Assembly (NCBI GenBank): GCA_039812485.1
Contig: JBDIAP010000002.1
Coordinates: 33-64,032, forward strand
Origin: Kineosphaera sp.
GTDB taxonomy: Bacteria; Actinomycetota; Actinomycetes; Actinomycetales; Dermatophilaceae
DNA length: 64,000 nucleotides
Direction: 5' to 3'
Shown here: positions 40,595-50,444 of the stretch, in pieces
How positions within the stretch are numbered: position 1 is the stretch's first letter
Layout: each line of letters starts with the position of its first letter
The notes under the pieces: generated by a model
What the model was told of the DNA's origin: nothing
Database searches by the model: none
What the model saw: only the letters and a program-made list of their open reading frames with translations
Translations under genes and position numbers: made by a program

Positions 40595-42067
40595 TCAGCC
40601 CCAGACCAGCCCCTTCGCCGGGTCGTGCAGCACGGCGGCCACGTCGGCCAGGAAGCGCGAGCCCAGGTCGCCATCGATGAGACGGTGGTCGAAGCTCAAG
40701 CCCAACTGGGTGACCCAGCGCGGCTCGATGCGCTCGTCCGCGCCGACGCCGACGACCCACGGCATGCGCCGCACCGCGCCGAACGCGAGGATCGCCGACT
40801 CGCCTGGGTTGATGATCGGCGTGCCCGTGTCGACGCCGAAGACACCGACGTTGGTGATCGTGATCGTGCCGCCCGACATGTCGGCCGGCTGCGTGCGGCC
40901 CGCGCGCGCCGTCGAGACGAGCTCGCCCATCGCATCGGCCAGCTCGCGCAAGGTCATCGCGTCGGCGTCCTTGATGTTGGGCACGATGAGGCCCCGCGGG
41001 GTCGCCGCGGCGATGCCGAGGTTGACGTAGTTCTTCTGCACGATCGTCGCGCCACCCGCGCCCTCCTCCCACGTCGCGTTGACGCCGGGGTTGCGGCGGC
41101 ACGCCAGCAGCAGCGCCTTGGCGACGAGCAGCAGCGGCGACACCTTGACGTCCCGGAACTCCCGGTCGGCCTTGAGGCGCTCGACGAGCTCCATCGTCGC
41201 CGACACGTCGACCGTGACGAACTCGCTGACGTGCGGCGACGTGAACGCCGACCCGCTCATCGCCTGCGCGGTCATCTTGCGCACGCCCTTGACCGGGATG
41301 CGGACCTCCCGCTCGCCGGAGCGGGCCACCGACCGACCGCCACCCGCGGCGGCCTCCGCAGCAGGCTCGGACTGGCCCGCCACGTAGGCGTCGATGTCGT
41401 CGCGACCGATGATCCCGTCCGGCCCCGACCCTGCGACGGACGCCAGGTCGACACCGTGGTCCTTCGCGTATTTGCGCACCGGCGGCTTCGCCAGCGGGCG
41501 GCCCGACGCACCGACGGGCACTCCGCCCTCGACCCGATGCGCTGCAGCGGGCGGCGCGGCGGCAGGAGCCGGGGCGACCGGGGGCTGTGCGACAGGGGGC
41601 TGGGCGACAGCGGGCGGCGGCGCGGCGGCCGGCGCGGCCGTCGCAGGAGCCGCAGCGGCCGGTGCATCGGCAGCACCCCGCCCCTTGCGCGGCCGCCGGG
41701 TCGTCGACCCGCCGATCGCGCCGTAGCCGACGAGGTTCGGGGTCCGACCCTCCGGCTCCTCGCCGCCGCCCGAGGCTGCGGACGAGGCGGCCGGCGCTGC
41801 CGCGGGAGGCGCGTCACCTTCTACGCCGGGGACGTCGATGCGGATGATCGGCGCCCCGACGAGCACCTCCTCGCCCTCGGCGGCGAGCACCTCGGTGACC
41901 GTGCCCTCCCACGGGATCGGCAGCTCGACCAGCGACTTGCTCGTCTCGATCTCGACGACGATGTCGTTGACCTTGACCGCGTCGCCGGCCTTGACCTTCC
42001 ACGTGACGATCTCGGCCTCGGTGAGGCCCTCGCCGGGGTCGGGCAGGTTGAACGTCTTGACACCCAT
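40595..42067 (-). CDS. pdhC: 2-oxoacid dehydrogenase E2 (dihydrolipoamide acyltransferase)
   Basis: Lipoyl domain (ETSKS), E3-binding AKPPVRK, catalytic SFDHRLIDG. Confidence 0.93.
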   Translation of the reverse strand: MGVKTFNLPDPGEGLTEAEIVTWKVKAGDAVKVNDIVVEIETSKSLVELPIPWEGTVTEVLAAEGEEVLVGAPIIRIDVPGVEGDAPPAAAPAASSAASGGGEEPEGRTPNLVGYGAIGGSTTRRPRKGRGAADAPAAAAPATAAPAAAPPPAVAQPPVAQPPVAPAPAAAPPAAAHRVEGGVPVGASGRPLAKPPVRKYAKDHGVDLASVAGSGPDGIIGRDDIDAYVAGQSEPAAEAAAGGGRSVARSGEREVRIPVKGVRKMTAQAMSGSAFTSPHVSEFVTVDVSATMELVERLKADREFRDVKVSPLLLVAKALLLACRRNPGVNATWEEGAGGATIVQKNYVNLGIAAATPRGLIVPNIKDADAMTLRELADAMGELVSTARAGRTQPADMSGGTITITNVGVFGVDTGTPIINPGESAILAFGAVRRMPWVVGVGADERIEPRWVTQLGLSFDHRLIDGDLGSRFLADVAAVLHDPAKGLVWG

Positions 42068-42096
42068 GTCTGTCTCTTCTCCTCGCGGCCGGCCGG

Positions 42097-43077
42097 TCAG
42101 TAGGCGAGCGCGCGGTCGACGCCGTCGAGCACGCGGTCGAGGTCGGGCAGGAAGTCCTCTTCGAGCTTGCTGGGCGGATACGGGATCGAATACCCGGTGA
42201 CCCGCACGACCGGAGCCTCGAGGTGATAGAAGCAGTCGGCCATCACCTGGGCGGCGATCTCGGCGCCGAAGCCCATGAAGCCCGACGCCTCGTGCACGAC
42301 GACGAGCCGGCCCGTCTTCCTCACCGAGGCGAAGAGCGTCGCGGTGTCGAGCGGGTTGAGGCCGCGCAGGTCGAGCACCTCCAGGGACAGCCCGTCAGCG
42401 GCCGCCGCCTCCGCGGCCTGCAGGCACGTCTTGACCATCGGCCCCCAGCAGGCCAGCGTCAGGTCGCTGCCCTCCCGCGCCACCACCGCCTCGTAGAGCG
42501 ATCGCGGCGCAGACGCGGCGCTCTCGTCGACCTCCATGCGCTCGTGATAGCGGCGCTTGGGCTCGAAGAACATGACCGGGTCGTCGGTCGCGATCGCCTG
42601 CTGGATCATCCAGTAGGAGTCCTCGGCGTTGCTGCACGAGACGATCTTGAGGCCCGCGCTGTGCAGGAAGTAGGCCTCGTTGCTCTCGCTGTGGTGCTCG
42701 ACCGCGCCGATGCCTCCGCCGCACGGCACACGGATGACCATCGGCAGCTTCGTGTGCCCCAGCGAGCGGGCGTACATCTTGGCGACCTGGCTCGTGATGT
42801 GGTCGAACGCCGGGTAGATGAACCCGTCGAACTGGATCTCGACCACCGGCCGGTAGCCGCGTAGCGCGAGCCCGATCGCGGTGCCGACGATGCCGGACTC
42901 GGCGAGCGGGGTGTCGATGACGCGGTCCTCGCCGAAGTCCTTCTGCAGCCCCTCGGTGACGCGGAAGACGCCGCCGAGACGGCCGACGTCCTCGCCCATG
43001 ACGAGCACCTTGGGGTCGGCCTCCATCGCGCGGCGCAGGCCGGCGGTGATGCCCTTGGCGAGCGTGAGGCGGGTCAT
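42097..43077 (-). CDS. pdhB: 2-oxoacid dehydrogenase E1 beta (pyruvate or branched-chain)
   Basis: MGEDVG, DTPLAESGIVG, EHHSES. Confidence 0.94.
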   Translation of the reverse strand: MTRLTLAKGITAGLRRAMEADPKVLVMGEDVGRLGGVFRVTEGLQKDFGEDRVIDTPLAESGIVGTAIGLALRGYRPVVEIQFDGFIYPAFDHITSQVAKMYARSLGHTKLPMVIRVPCGGGIGAVEHHSESNEAYFLHSAGLKIVSCSNAEDSYWMIQQAIATDDPVMFFEPKRRYHERMEVDESAASAPRSLYEAVVAREGSDLTLACWGPMVKTCLQAAEAAAADGLSLEVLDLRGLNPLDTATLFASVRKTGRLVVVHEASGFMGFGAEIAAQVMADCFYHLEAPVVRVTGYSIPYPPSKLEEDFLPDLDRVLDGVDRALAY

Positions 43078-44303
43078 CGCGCAGCCTCCTCGTCCGCGAA
43101 GCCGGCATGGTATTCAAAGAACTCTGCGCGTTCGCGTTCCAGCCCCGGGTGCGACTCGACATACACGGTGTCGAACATCTGCTCGTGGGGCGGGTTCGGC
43201 ATCTCCTGGCATTCCTTGCGGATCCGCGCGGCGAGCTCGTCGGCCTCCCGGTCGACCGCGTCGAAGAACTCCTGCTTGGTCTGGTGCAGGCTCAGCAGGA
43301 AGATCTTGATCCGCTCCAGCGGGTCGCGCTCACGCCACAGGTCGACCTCGGCCGAGTCCCTGTATTTCGTCGGGTCGTCCGACGTCGTGTGCGCCCCCAT
43401 CCGGTAGGTGTACGCCTCGATGAGGAACGGCCCCTGCCCGCTGCGGGCCTGCTCCAGCGCGTGCATGCCCACCGCGTAGCAGGCCAGCACGTCGTTGCCG
43501 TCGACCCGCACGCCGGGGAAGCCGAAGCCGCGGGCCCGCTGGTAGAGGGGGATGCGGGTCTGCCGCTCGTTGGGCTCGCTGATCGCCCACTGGTTGTTTT
43601 GGCAGAAGAAGACGATCGGGCACTGGTTGACCGCCGCGAAGACGAACGACTCGTTGATGTCGCCCTGGCTCGTCGCGCCGTCGCCGAAGAACGTGACGAC
43701 CGCTGTGTCGCGGTCGGGGTCGCCGGTGCCGACGGCCCCGTCGCGCTGCACGCCCATCGCGTAGCCGACCGCGTGCAGCGCCTGGTTGCCGATGACGATC
43801 GTGTAGAGGTGGAAGTTTTTCTCGTTGGGGTCCCAGCCGCCGTTGTTGACCCCGCGGAACATCCCGAGCAGGTTGACCGGGTCGACATCCCGGCACCACG
43901 CGACGCCGTGCTCGCGGTAGCTGGGGAACGCGTAGTCCTGCGACTTCATCGCCCGCCCGATGCCGACCTGGGCGGCCTCCTGACCGAGCAGGCCCGGCCA
44001 GAGGCCGAGCTCGCCCTGGCGCTGCAGCGCCGTGGCCTCGATGTCGAAGCGCCGGATGAGGGCCATGTCGCGGTAGAGCCGCTGGCCGTCCTCCTCGGTG
44101 AGCGCGTCGACATACGGGTCATAGGGGAGGTTGACCTCGTTGCGGATGCGGTGGCCGTCCTTGTCGATGAACCGGATCGTCTCCGGGCCACCGTCGGACA
44201 TGAACTTGGGCCGACCGATGATGCTCTCGTGGTGGTCGACCCCGAAGGCATCCGCCGCCTTCTGGGCGACGGCCTCCTGGGCCACGACGTCGTTGTCGCT
44301 CAC
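43074..44303 (-). CDS. pdhA: 2-oxoacid dehydrogenase E1 alpha (pyruvate or branched-chain)
   Basis: GQEAAQ, SYREHG, GDGATSQGD...NN TPP motif, HTTSDDP; RBS gaaggag. Confidence 0.94.
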   Translation of the reverse strand: MSDNDVVAQEAVAQKAADAFGVDHHESIIGRPKFMSDGGPETIRFIDKDGHRIRNEVNLPYDPYVDALTEEDGQRLYRDMALIRRFDIEATALQRQGELGLWPGLLGQEAAQVGIGRAMKSQDYAFPSYREHGVAWCRDVDPVNLLGMFRGVNNGGWDPNEKNFHLYTIVIGNQALHAVGYAMGVQRDGAVGTGDPDRDTAVVTFFGDGATSQGDINESFVFAAVNQCPIVFFCQNNQWAISEPNERQTRIPLYQRARGFGFPGVRVDGNDVLACYAVGMHALEQARSGQGPFLIEAYTYRMGAHTTSDDPTKYRDSAEVDLWRERDPLERIKIFLLSLHQTKQEFFDAVDREADELAARIRKECQEMPNPPHEQMFDTVYVESHPGLERERAEFFEYHAGFADEEAAR

Positions 44304-44621
44304 GCTCTCTCCTTCGCTCGCCACACCGTCCGGGATCGCCGGAGCCAGTGCGCCTGGTCTGGCGCGCCCGCCGGTGGGTGTGCCGGGTCTCGGGTCGCGG
44401 GGGCCACCTCGCCCCGGCTCGACGTCGAGGCGGGAGGTCGTCCTAACCTACCCTGCCAGGCGCGGCTCGTCAGCCGCGGAACTGCGCGCCGACGGGCCCG
44501 CCCCCGCCCGTCGTGTCACGATGCATCACCGTGTGTTGCCGGCCTTGAGGTGTCGCGCGGGAGTGTCGATAGGGAGACCGTGAGATCACGCGCAGACCGA
44601 CCCGAGGGCCGCCTCGACGCC

Positions 44622-45101
44622 GTGACGAGCCCGGCGCGGCTGGTCGAGACCTTGGCGTTCAAGGTGGTCGCGCTCGTGATCGCCGCGACCGTCGCGATCC
44701 TGCTGTGGCAGTTCGCGCTTCGGGTCACCGGCTACGCCGCCGGCGTCGTCGGCCGCGACACCGTCACCGCCACCGTCGTCGAGTGCGACCGGTCCTTCGG
44801 CGTGCACGGCCCGTGCGTCGTGAAGTTCGTCGACGACGAGGGCCACAGCCGCCGCGCCGACCTGTCCAACCCCGGCCTCTTCGCGCTCTCCTCCGGCGAC
44901 CAGGTGCCGGTCGTCGCCCAGGACGACGGCACCGCCGGCCTCGGCGGCTGGCAGCCGCTCTTCGACACGGGCCTGCTGCTGCTGCTCGCCGGCGCGTTCA
45001 CCGGCTACGCCATCGGCTGGTGGCGCCGCGTGCTGGAACACGGCACCGCCCCCTACGACGGTGGCGACCCCGACGAGTCGAACGACCGCACCGAGCGCTG
45101 A
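44622..45101 (+). CDS. Hypothetical 2-TM membrane protein with an OB/DUF3592-like soluble loop
   Basis: TM, then TATVVECD..CVVKFVDDEG, then TM, then an acidic tail. Confidence 0.65.
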   Translation: MTSPARLVETLAFKVVALVIAATVAILLWQFALRVTGYAAGVVGRDTVTATVVECDRSFGVHGPCVVKFVDDEGHSRRADLSNPGLFALSSGDQVPVVAQDDGTAGLGGWQPLFDTGLLLLLAGAFTGYAIGWWRRVLEHGTAPYDGGDPDESNDRTER

Positions 45102-45104
45102 GCC

Positions 45105-46262
45105 TTAGTCGACCGACGGCCGACCGGCCTCCCTGCACACCCTGATGAGCACGTCGTTGGCGGCGGGCTCGCCGATCGTGACACGCACGCCGTCGCCGTC
45201 GAAGGGGCGCACCGAGATGCCGGCGGCGTCGGCGATCTGGCCGAAGGCCAGCGACTCGGCGGCCAGTGGGAGCCACACGAAGTTGCCGTGGGATTCGGGC
45301 AGGTCCCATCCCTGGTCGCGCAGCGCGTCCTGCACCCGGCCGCGCTCGGCGAGCACCGACTTGACCCGCAGGTCGAGCTCCTCGGCGGCGTCGAGGCTCG
45401 CCAGCGCGGCCTGCTGGGCCACGTCGGTGACCGCGAACGGCAGGCCCGTCTTGGCCAGGGCCGCCGCGACGCGCGGGTGCGCCACGGCATAGCCGACGCG
45501 CAGCCCGGCCAGCCCGTAGGCCTTCGAGAAGGTGCGCAGCAGCACGACATTGGGGTGTCGCCGGTAGACGTCGAGGCCGTCGACGCGGTCGCCCGAGGTG
45601 TCGAACTGCAGGTAGGCCTCGTCGAGCAGCACCGCCACGTGCGCGGGGACGCGCGCGAGGAAGTCCTCGAGCTCGGCCGCGCCGACCGTGGCCCCTGTCG
45701 GGTTGTTGGGCGAGCAGACGATGACGAGCCGGGTGTCGCGGCGGATCGAGCGTGCCATCGCCGGGAGGTCGTGGCGCCCCTCGGCGGTGTTCGGCACCTG
45801 GACCGAGCGCCCTCCGCGGGCCGCGACGCAGATGGGATAGAGCTCGAACGACCGCCAGCTGTAGACGACCTCGTCACCGTCGTCGACGAGCGCCTGCACG
45901 ATCTGGTCGTAGACCGCCGCGCTGCCCGGGCCCACGACGATCTCGTCGGGCCCCACCCCCAGCTCCGCGGCGATGCGCTCGCGCAGGCCGTGCACGCCCG
46001 GGTCGGGATAGCGGTGGACGTGGCTCGCCGCGTCGGCGATGGCGTCGAGCACCGACGGCAGCGGCGGGTAGGGATTTTCGTTGCTGCTGAGCTTGAAGTG
46101 GGTCACTCCCTCGACCGGCGTCGGCGGCTTGCCCGGCCTGTAGGTGGGCACCCCGTCGAGCGCGGGCCGCAACCGCACCGGGCGAGCCTCCGAGCGAGCC
46201 TGGGAGCCGGCGTCGGGGCGAACCTGATCGGAGGGCTGGTCGGGCGAGGGCGCCTGCGTCAT
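45105..46262 (-). CDS. hisC: Histidinol-phosphate/aromatic aminotransferase (HisC2/Pat-like)
   Basis: LSSNENP, CSPNNPTG, DEAY, RTFSKAYGLAGLRVG. It is not in a his operon. Confidence 0.85.
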   Translation of the reverse strand: MTQAPSPDQPSDQVRPDAGSQARSEARPVRLRPALDGVPTYRPGKPPTPVEGVTHFKLSSNENPYPPLPSVLDAIADAASHVHRYPDPGVHGLRERIAAELGVGPDEIVVGPGSAAVYDQIVQALVDDGDEVVYSWRSFELYPICVAARGGRSVQVPNTAEGRHDLPAMARSIRRDTRLVIVCSPNNPTGATVGAAELEDFLARVPAHVAVLLDEAYLQFDTSGDRVDGLDVYRRHPNVVLLRTFSKAYGLAGLRVGYAVAHPRVAAALAKTGLPFAVTDVAQQAALASLDAAEELDLRVKSVLAERGRVQDALRDQGWDLPESHGNFVWLPLAAESLAFGQIADAAGISVRPFDGDGVRVTIGEPAANDVLIRVCREAGRPSVD

Positions 46263-46453
46263 GCGTCGACTCTACGCAGGCCCGTGCGCACGGCGCGGAC
46301 ACGGGTGGGGCGCGCGAGGGACCCGAGGTCGGACCCGACCGGATGCGGCTGCGCAGCTCCCCGGGGCGGCCTCCCGCCGCACCGGCAGGCCACGGGTGGG
46401 GCACCGGTGGGGCACGGCTCGGCCCCAGCCCCGGCGCAGGCCCACGTGCCAGG

Positions 46454-46849
46454 ATGAGCGCCATGGCCAACTACGCGCTCCGGATCGGCGTCAACGCCGT
46501 CGCCCTGTGGCTCACCGCCCTCGTCGTCCCCGGCATCCAGCTCGGCGAGACCGCCGCCAGCCCGGCCAACCGCATCCTGACGATCGTGCTCGTCGCGGTC
46601 GTCTTCGGCGTCGTCAACGCGTTCATCAAGCCGATCGTCACGTTCTTCTCGCTGCCCTTCGTCGTGCTGACGCTCGGGCTCTTCCTCATCGTCGTCAACG
46701 CCGCGATGCTGGCGATCACCGCGTGGCTCGCGGGCATCCTCGGCCTCGACTTCACGATCGGCAGCTTCTTCTGGGACGCGATCCTCGGCGCGATCGTGCT
46801 CTCGATCGTCTCGATGCTGCTGGCAACCTTCGTGCCCGAGCGGCGCTGA
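46454..46849 (+). CDS. 4-TM 'phage holin family' (YvlD/DUF360-like) membrane protein
   Basis: FGVVNAFIKP, LTLGLFLIVVNA. Confidence 0.85.
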   Translation: MSAMANYALRIGVNAVALWLTALVVPGIQLGETAASPANRILTIVLVAVVFGVVNAFIKPIVTFFSLPFVVLTLGLFLIVVNAAMLAITAWLAGILGLDFTIGSFFWDAILGAIVLSIVSMLLATFVPERR

Positions 46850-46928
46850 ACCGCGGACGCACTCCCCGCAGCGACGGGCTGCCACGCCCCGGGCTGCCAG
46901 GCCGGCGCGTCGCCGGTCTGGCAGCCCG

Positions 46929-47882
46929 TCAGTCTGTCGGGGTGTCCAGCGGGTCGAGAGCGTCGAGCCAGTCGCGGGCGTCCTCGTAGGCGCGTTGGGC
47001 GTGCGTCGGCGACACCGTGACCTGCGTCTGGTCGGCCTTGGGGTAGCTGCCGAGGTAGCGGACCTCGGCGCACACCCGGTGCAGGCCCATGAGCGCCTCG
47101 CTGACCCGTCGGTCGTGCAGGTGCCCCTCGAGGTCGATGGAGAAGCAGTACTGCCCCAGCGACTCCCCCGTCGGCCGCGACTCCAGCCGCGTGAGGTTGA
47201 TGCCGCGCACCGCGAACTGCTCGAGCAACCCGAGCAGCCCGCCGGGGTAGTCGATCGTCTGGAAGAGCACGACCGTCGTCTTGTCGGCGCCCGTCGGGGC
47301 GGGCACGGGGCCGGGGCGCGCGACGAGCACGAAGCGCGTCACCGCCTCCGTGTTGTCACCGATGTCGCGGGCCAGGATCGTCAGCCCTTGCTCTCCGGCG
47401 ACCATCTCATGACAGATCGCGCCCTCGAAGGCGGTCGCGGCATGCCACGTGTCCGCGCCGGCGGCGAGGTCGACCGCGGAGGCCGCCGTCGACGACGCCG
47501 GCACGTAGCGCGCCTGCGGCAGGTGTTCGGCGACGAACCGGCGCACCTGCGCCCACGCGTGCGGGTGGGTGCTCACGGCCTTGATATCCGCCAGGGTCGT
47601 GCCCGATCGCGCCGCGAGCACGAACGAGACGGGCACGATCATCTCGCCGATGACCCGCAGCGGGTCGCCGTTGGCCAGCGAGTCCAGCGTGGCGGGCACC
47701 CCGCCCTCGAGGGAGTTCTCGATAGGAACGACGGCCGCGTCGACCTCGCCGCTGCGCAGCGCCGACAGCGCCGCGTCGACGGAGGCGTAGGGGATCGCTT
47801 CCGCGTGCGCCGCCTCGGGCCGCGACCGCAGCGCCACCTCGCTGAACGTGCCTCGCGGACCGAGGAATCCCATGCGTCGCAT
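46929..47882 (-). CDS. pheA: Prephenate dehydratase
   Basis: FLGPRGTFSE, PIENSLEG, TRF, INLTRLESRP. Confidence 0.95.
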   Translation of the reverse strand: MRRMGFLGPRGTFSEVALRSRPEAAHAEAIPYASVDAALSALRSGEVDAAVVPIENSLEGGVPATLDSLANGDPLRVIGEMIVPVSFVLAARSGTTLADIKAVSTHPHAWAQVRRFVAEHLPQARYVPASSTAASAVDLAAGADTWHAATAFEGAICHEMVAGEQGLTILARDIGDNTEAVTRFVLVARPGPVPAPTGADKTTVVLFQTIDYPGGLLGLLEQFAVRGINLTRLESRPTGESLGQYCFSIDLEGHLHDRRVSEALMGLHRVCAEVRYLGSYPKADQTQVTVSPTHAQRAYEDARDWLDALDPLDTPTD

Positions 47883-47890
47883 CACGTCGC

Positions 47891-48829
47891 CTAGCGCAGG
47901 GTCAGCTGGCGACTGACGAGCCCGGCGCGGGCGCGGCGCTCGTCGGAGGTCAGGGGATCGCTCGCGCCCAGCGCGTCGGCGTAGCGCGCGGCGAGGTCGG
48001 CCAGCGGCTGCTCGTAGGCGTCCGCCTCGGCCTCCGGGTCGAGGTCCCACACCGGCACGAGCAGCCCGTCGGCCCGGAATGCCCCCAGGAAGCGCGTGCC
48101 CTCCCCGAGACCGCCCGGCCCCGCGAGTGCGCCGGCGGCATGCAGGCGCGCGAGCGCGGCGGTCGCGTCGTCCTCGTCCTGCGGCAGCACCCAGCGCAGG
48201 TGGGTGCGTTCACCGACCCGACACCAGTAGGCGGCCGGCGCGGCGGCGAGCTTGACCGTCGGGATGATCGACTCGTTCGCCTCGCGCAGCGACGCGGAGC
48301 CCTCGGCGTCGAGGGTCACGTCGTCGGCCAGCCAGTAGTCGAAGCCGTCGTGCACGGTGACCTCGAAGGGGGTGTCGAGGTCGAGCAGATCCTGCAGCCG
48401 CGGGGTGTCGGCGAAGGCCCCGGGGACGCTCGCGACCGGCTCCCCGGCCGCCGTCTCGGCGAGCGCGAGCACGACCTGCGCGAGGTCGCGGCTCGCATCA
48501 CCGCGGGTGGGCACCGACTGCAACGCGACGAAGCGGGTGCCGTCGCCGCGGTGCAGGCCCGGCCAGGCCATGGGCAGCACCGTCGTGATCGTCAGCGCAT
48601 CGGCCCCGTCGCCCGCCGGCGCAGCTCCTCGCGCAGCGGGGGCCCCGTCGAGGGCCCCGTCGCGTCGCCGCACGGTCGCGGTCGCGGCGGGGACGATCTC
48701 GCGCATCGCGACCCAGTCGGCCTCGCCGGGCAGCCCCTGGAAGGGGCGTGCCACGAACGGCGCGGGGCGCGCCGCGGGGGCACCGGATCGTGCAGCGTTC
48801 TTGCGCGCTCGGCGCGAAGCCTTACCCAT
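47891..48829 (-). CDS. Conserved actinobacterial protein (DUF5926-like)
   Basis: RPFQGLPGEADWVAMREIVPAATA, TVLPMAWP, GLLVPVWDL. Confidence 0.8.
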   Translation of the reverse strand: MGKASRRARKNAARSGAPAARPAPFVARPFQGLPGEADWVAMREIVPAATATVRRRDGALDGAPAARGAAPAGDGADALTITTVLPMAWPGLHRGDGTRFVALQSVPTRGDASRDLAQVVLALAETAAGEPVASVPGAFADTPRLQDLLDLDTPFEVTVHDGFDYWLADDVTLDAEGSASLREANESIIPTVKLAAAPAAYWCRVGERTHLRWVLPQDEDDATAALARLHAAGALAGPGGLGEGTRFLGAFRADGLLVPVWDLDPEAEADAYEQPLADLAARYADALGASDPLTSDERRARAGLVSRQLTLR

Positions 48830-48979
48830 GGTGTCGACCCTAATCGGCGCGGACCGTCGGTCCGCGGCGGCGCCCCGCGCCGTCGTGGGCGTGGCCGACG
48901 TCGGTCCGCGGGCGATCATCGTCTCCCGGTGGCCCCCGCGTAGTCCCGGGCCGGGCAGCCCCGGCGGTGCGGCCGCGAG

Positions 48980-49522
48980 TCAGCCGGCCCGGCGGCGGGA
49001 CGGCCCCCCGAGGGCCGCCCAGACCGTGCGGCCGTTGGACTCGTCCAGCACTCCCCACTCATGGGCCATGCTGCGCACGATGAGCAGGCCGCGACCGTGC
49101 ACGGCCAGGCGCGACGTACGCACGGGGCGGGGCGTCGAATCGCTGCCCCCGTCGCGCACCTCGACCTCGACGGCCCCGGCCTTGACCTTCCAGCGCAACC
49201 GGATGCACCCGTCGGACAGCGGGCGCGCGTGCCGCACCGCGTTGCCGACGAGCTCGGCCACGACCGACTCGGCCTCGTCGACGACGGCGGCGCAGACACC
49301 GCGATCGAACAAGTCCTGCACGAGCGTCGCCCGCGCCTCGCGCACGGCCATGAGGGAGTGGGTCAGTCGCACGCTGCGAGTGCCGTCGCCCGCGGCCACG
49401 GGCCGGACTCCACGAGGCGGCGAGGTCGTGAGGGTCGGCGGACAGTGCACCTCCTCGACAGTCGCAGACGTGCAGTCGCTGGAGGTATCGAGCGTGGCGG
49501 TCGATCCTCGGTCGAAGGTCAT
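48980..49522 (-). CDS. HATPase_c anti-sigma-factor-like ATP-binding protein
   Basis: ELVGNAVRH, VEVRDGG, HGRGLLIV, RTVWA. Confidence 0.85.
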   Translation of the reverse strand: MTFDRGSTATLDTSSDCTSATVEEVHCPPTLTTSPPRGVRPVAAGDGTRSVRLTHSLMAVREARATLVQDLFDRGVCAAVVDEAESVVAELVGNAVRHARPLSDGCIRLRWKVKAGAVEVEVRDGGSDSTPRPVRTSRLAVHGRGLLIVRSMAHEWGVLDESNGRTVWAALGGPSRRRAG

Positions 49523-49763
49523 ATCTGCCTCTCGTCGCCTTTGACGTCAGCGCGCTCATGCGAGCGCCTTGAACGTGGAAGTGGACCGTATGCTAGCGAA
49601 CTACCGCCACCATGCACACCCCTCGTCACGGTCGGGTTCGACATGAGAACTTTGCAGGTCAATGCCCTAATGTGCACGAGACCACCCCCTCGCGTCCGGG
49701 CATGTCCGGGCGGACATCCGACACGGTCGCGAACGGACGGTGAGGGGCCGCGTCGGGCTCCTG

Positions 49764-50372
49764 CTACCGGTTGCGACCGATCGTGGCGGGCATGTCACGC
49801 GACCACAGTGTCAACGTGAACTCGACGTCGCGGTGGGCCACGAGCCGCCACCACCCCCGCTCGATGAGCGCCCGGTCGAGGTCGCGGTGGGCTCCGATCC
49901 CCGAGACGCTCGCCCCCTCCGTCGTCGCGCTCCAGTGCACCGCGACGATGTCGCCCTCGGGGGCACACGCCGCCGCGAGGGTGTCGGCGGCGGCGTGACG
50001 ATCCGCCTCGGGCAGGTAGTAGAGGACCTCCGAGAGCACGACGAGATCGGCAGGCCGCCCGCGCAGCGCCTCGGGCGGGAGCGGGAGCGCCGAGCGCTCG
50101 ACGACCACGCCGGACTCGGTGGCGCACCTCGTCCGGGTCAACTCACAGGCCCGCTCCGTGGCGTCCGTCGCGACGACGCGGTCGCTGCGCGCCGCGAGCA
50201 GGGCCGTGAGGTCGCCCGTGCCGCACCCGACGTCCCACACCGTGCCGTATCGCTGCCGGCGCAGGCAGGCCAGCAGCACCTGCGTCTTGCGGCGTTCGTA
50301 CCAGCTCGTCGCGACCTCCCAGGGGTCGGGATCGGCGGTATACATCTCCTCGAAGTCGGGCGCGATGCTCAC
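49764..50372 (-). CDS. Class I SAM-dependent methyltransferase (NodS-like)
   Basis: DPWEVATSWYERRK, DVGCGTG, LSEVLYY. Confidence 0.85.
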   Translation of the reverse strand: MSIAPDFEEMYTADPDPWEVATSWYERRKTQVLLACLRRQRYGTVWDVGCGTGDLTALLAARSDRVVATDATERACELTRTRCATESGVVVERSALPLPPEALRGRPADLVVLSEVLYYLPEADRHAAADTLAAACAPEGDIVAVHWSATTEGASVSGIGAHRDLDRALIERGWWRLVAHRDVEFTLTLWSRDMPATIGRNR

Positions 50373-50444
50373 AGGCGCATTCTCCCGCGTCGACCCGGGC
50401 GCTGTCCCCGGCCCTGTCAGGATGAGTGGGCGAAGGAGGCTTCT

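Noticed and set aside
46454-46849. Holin as a prophage marker
   Set aside because: This is a housekeeping YvlD-like membrane family, with no endolysin or phage genes nearby.
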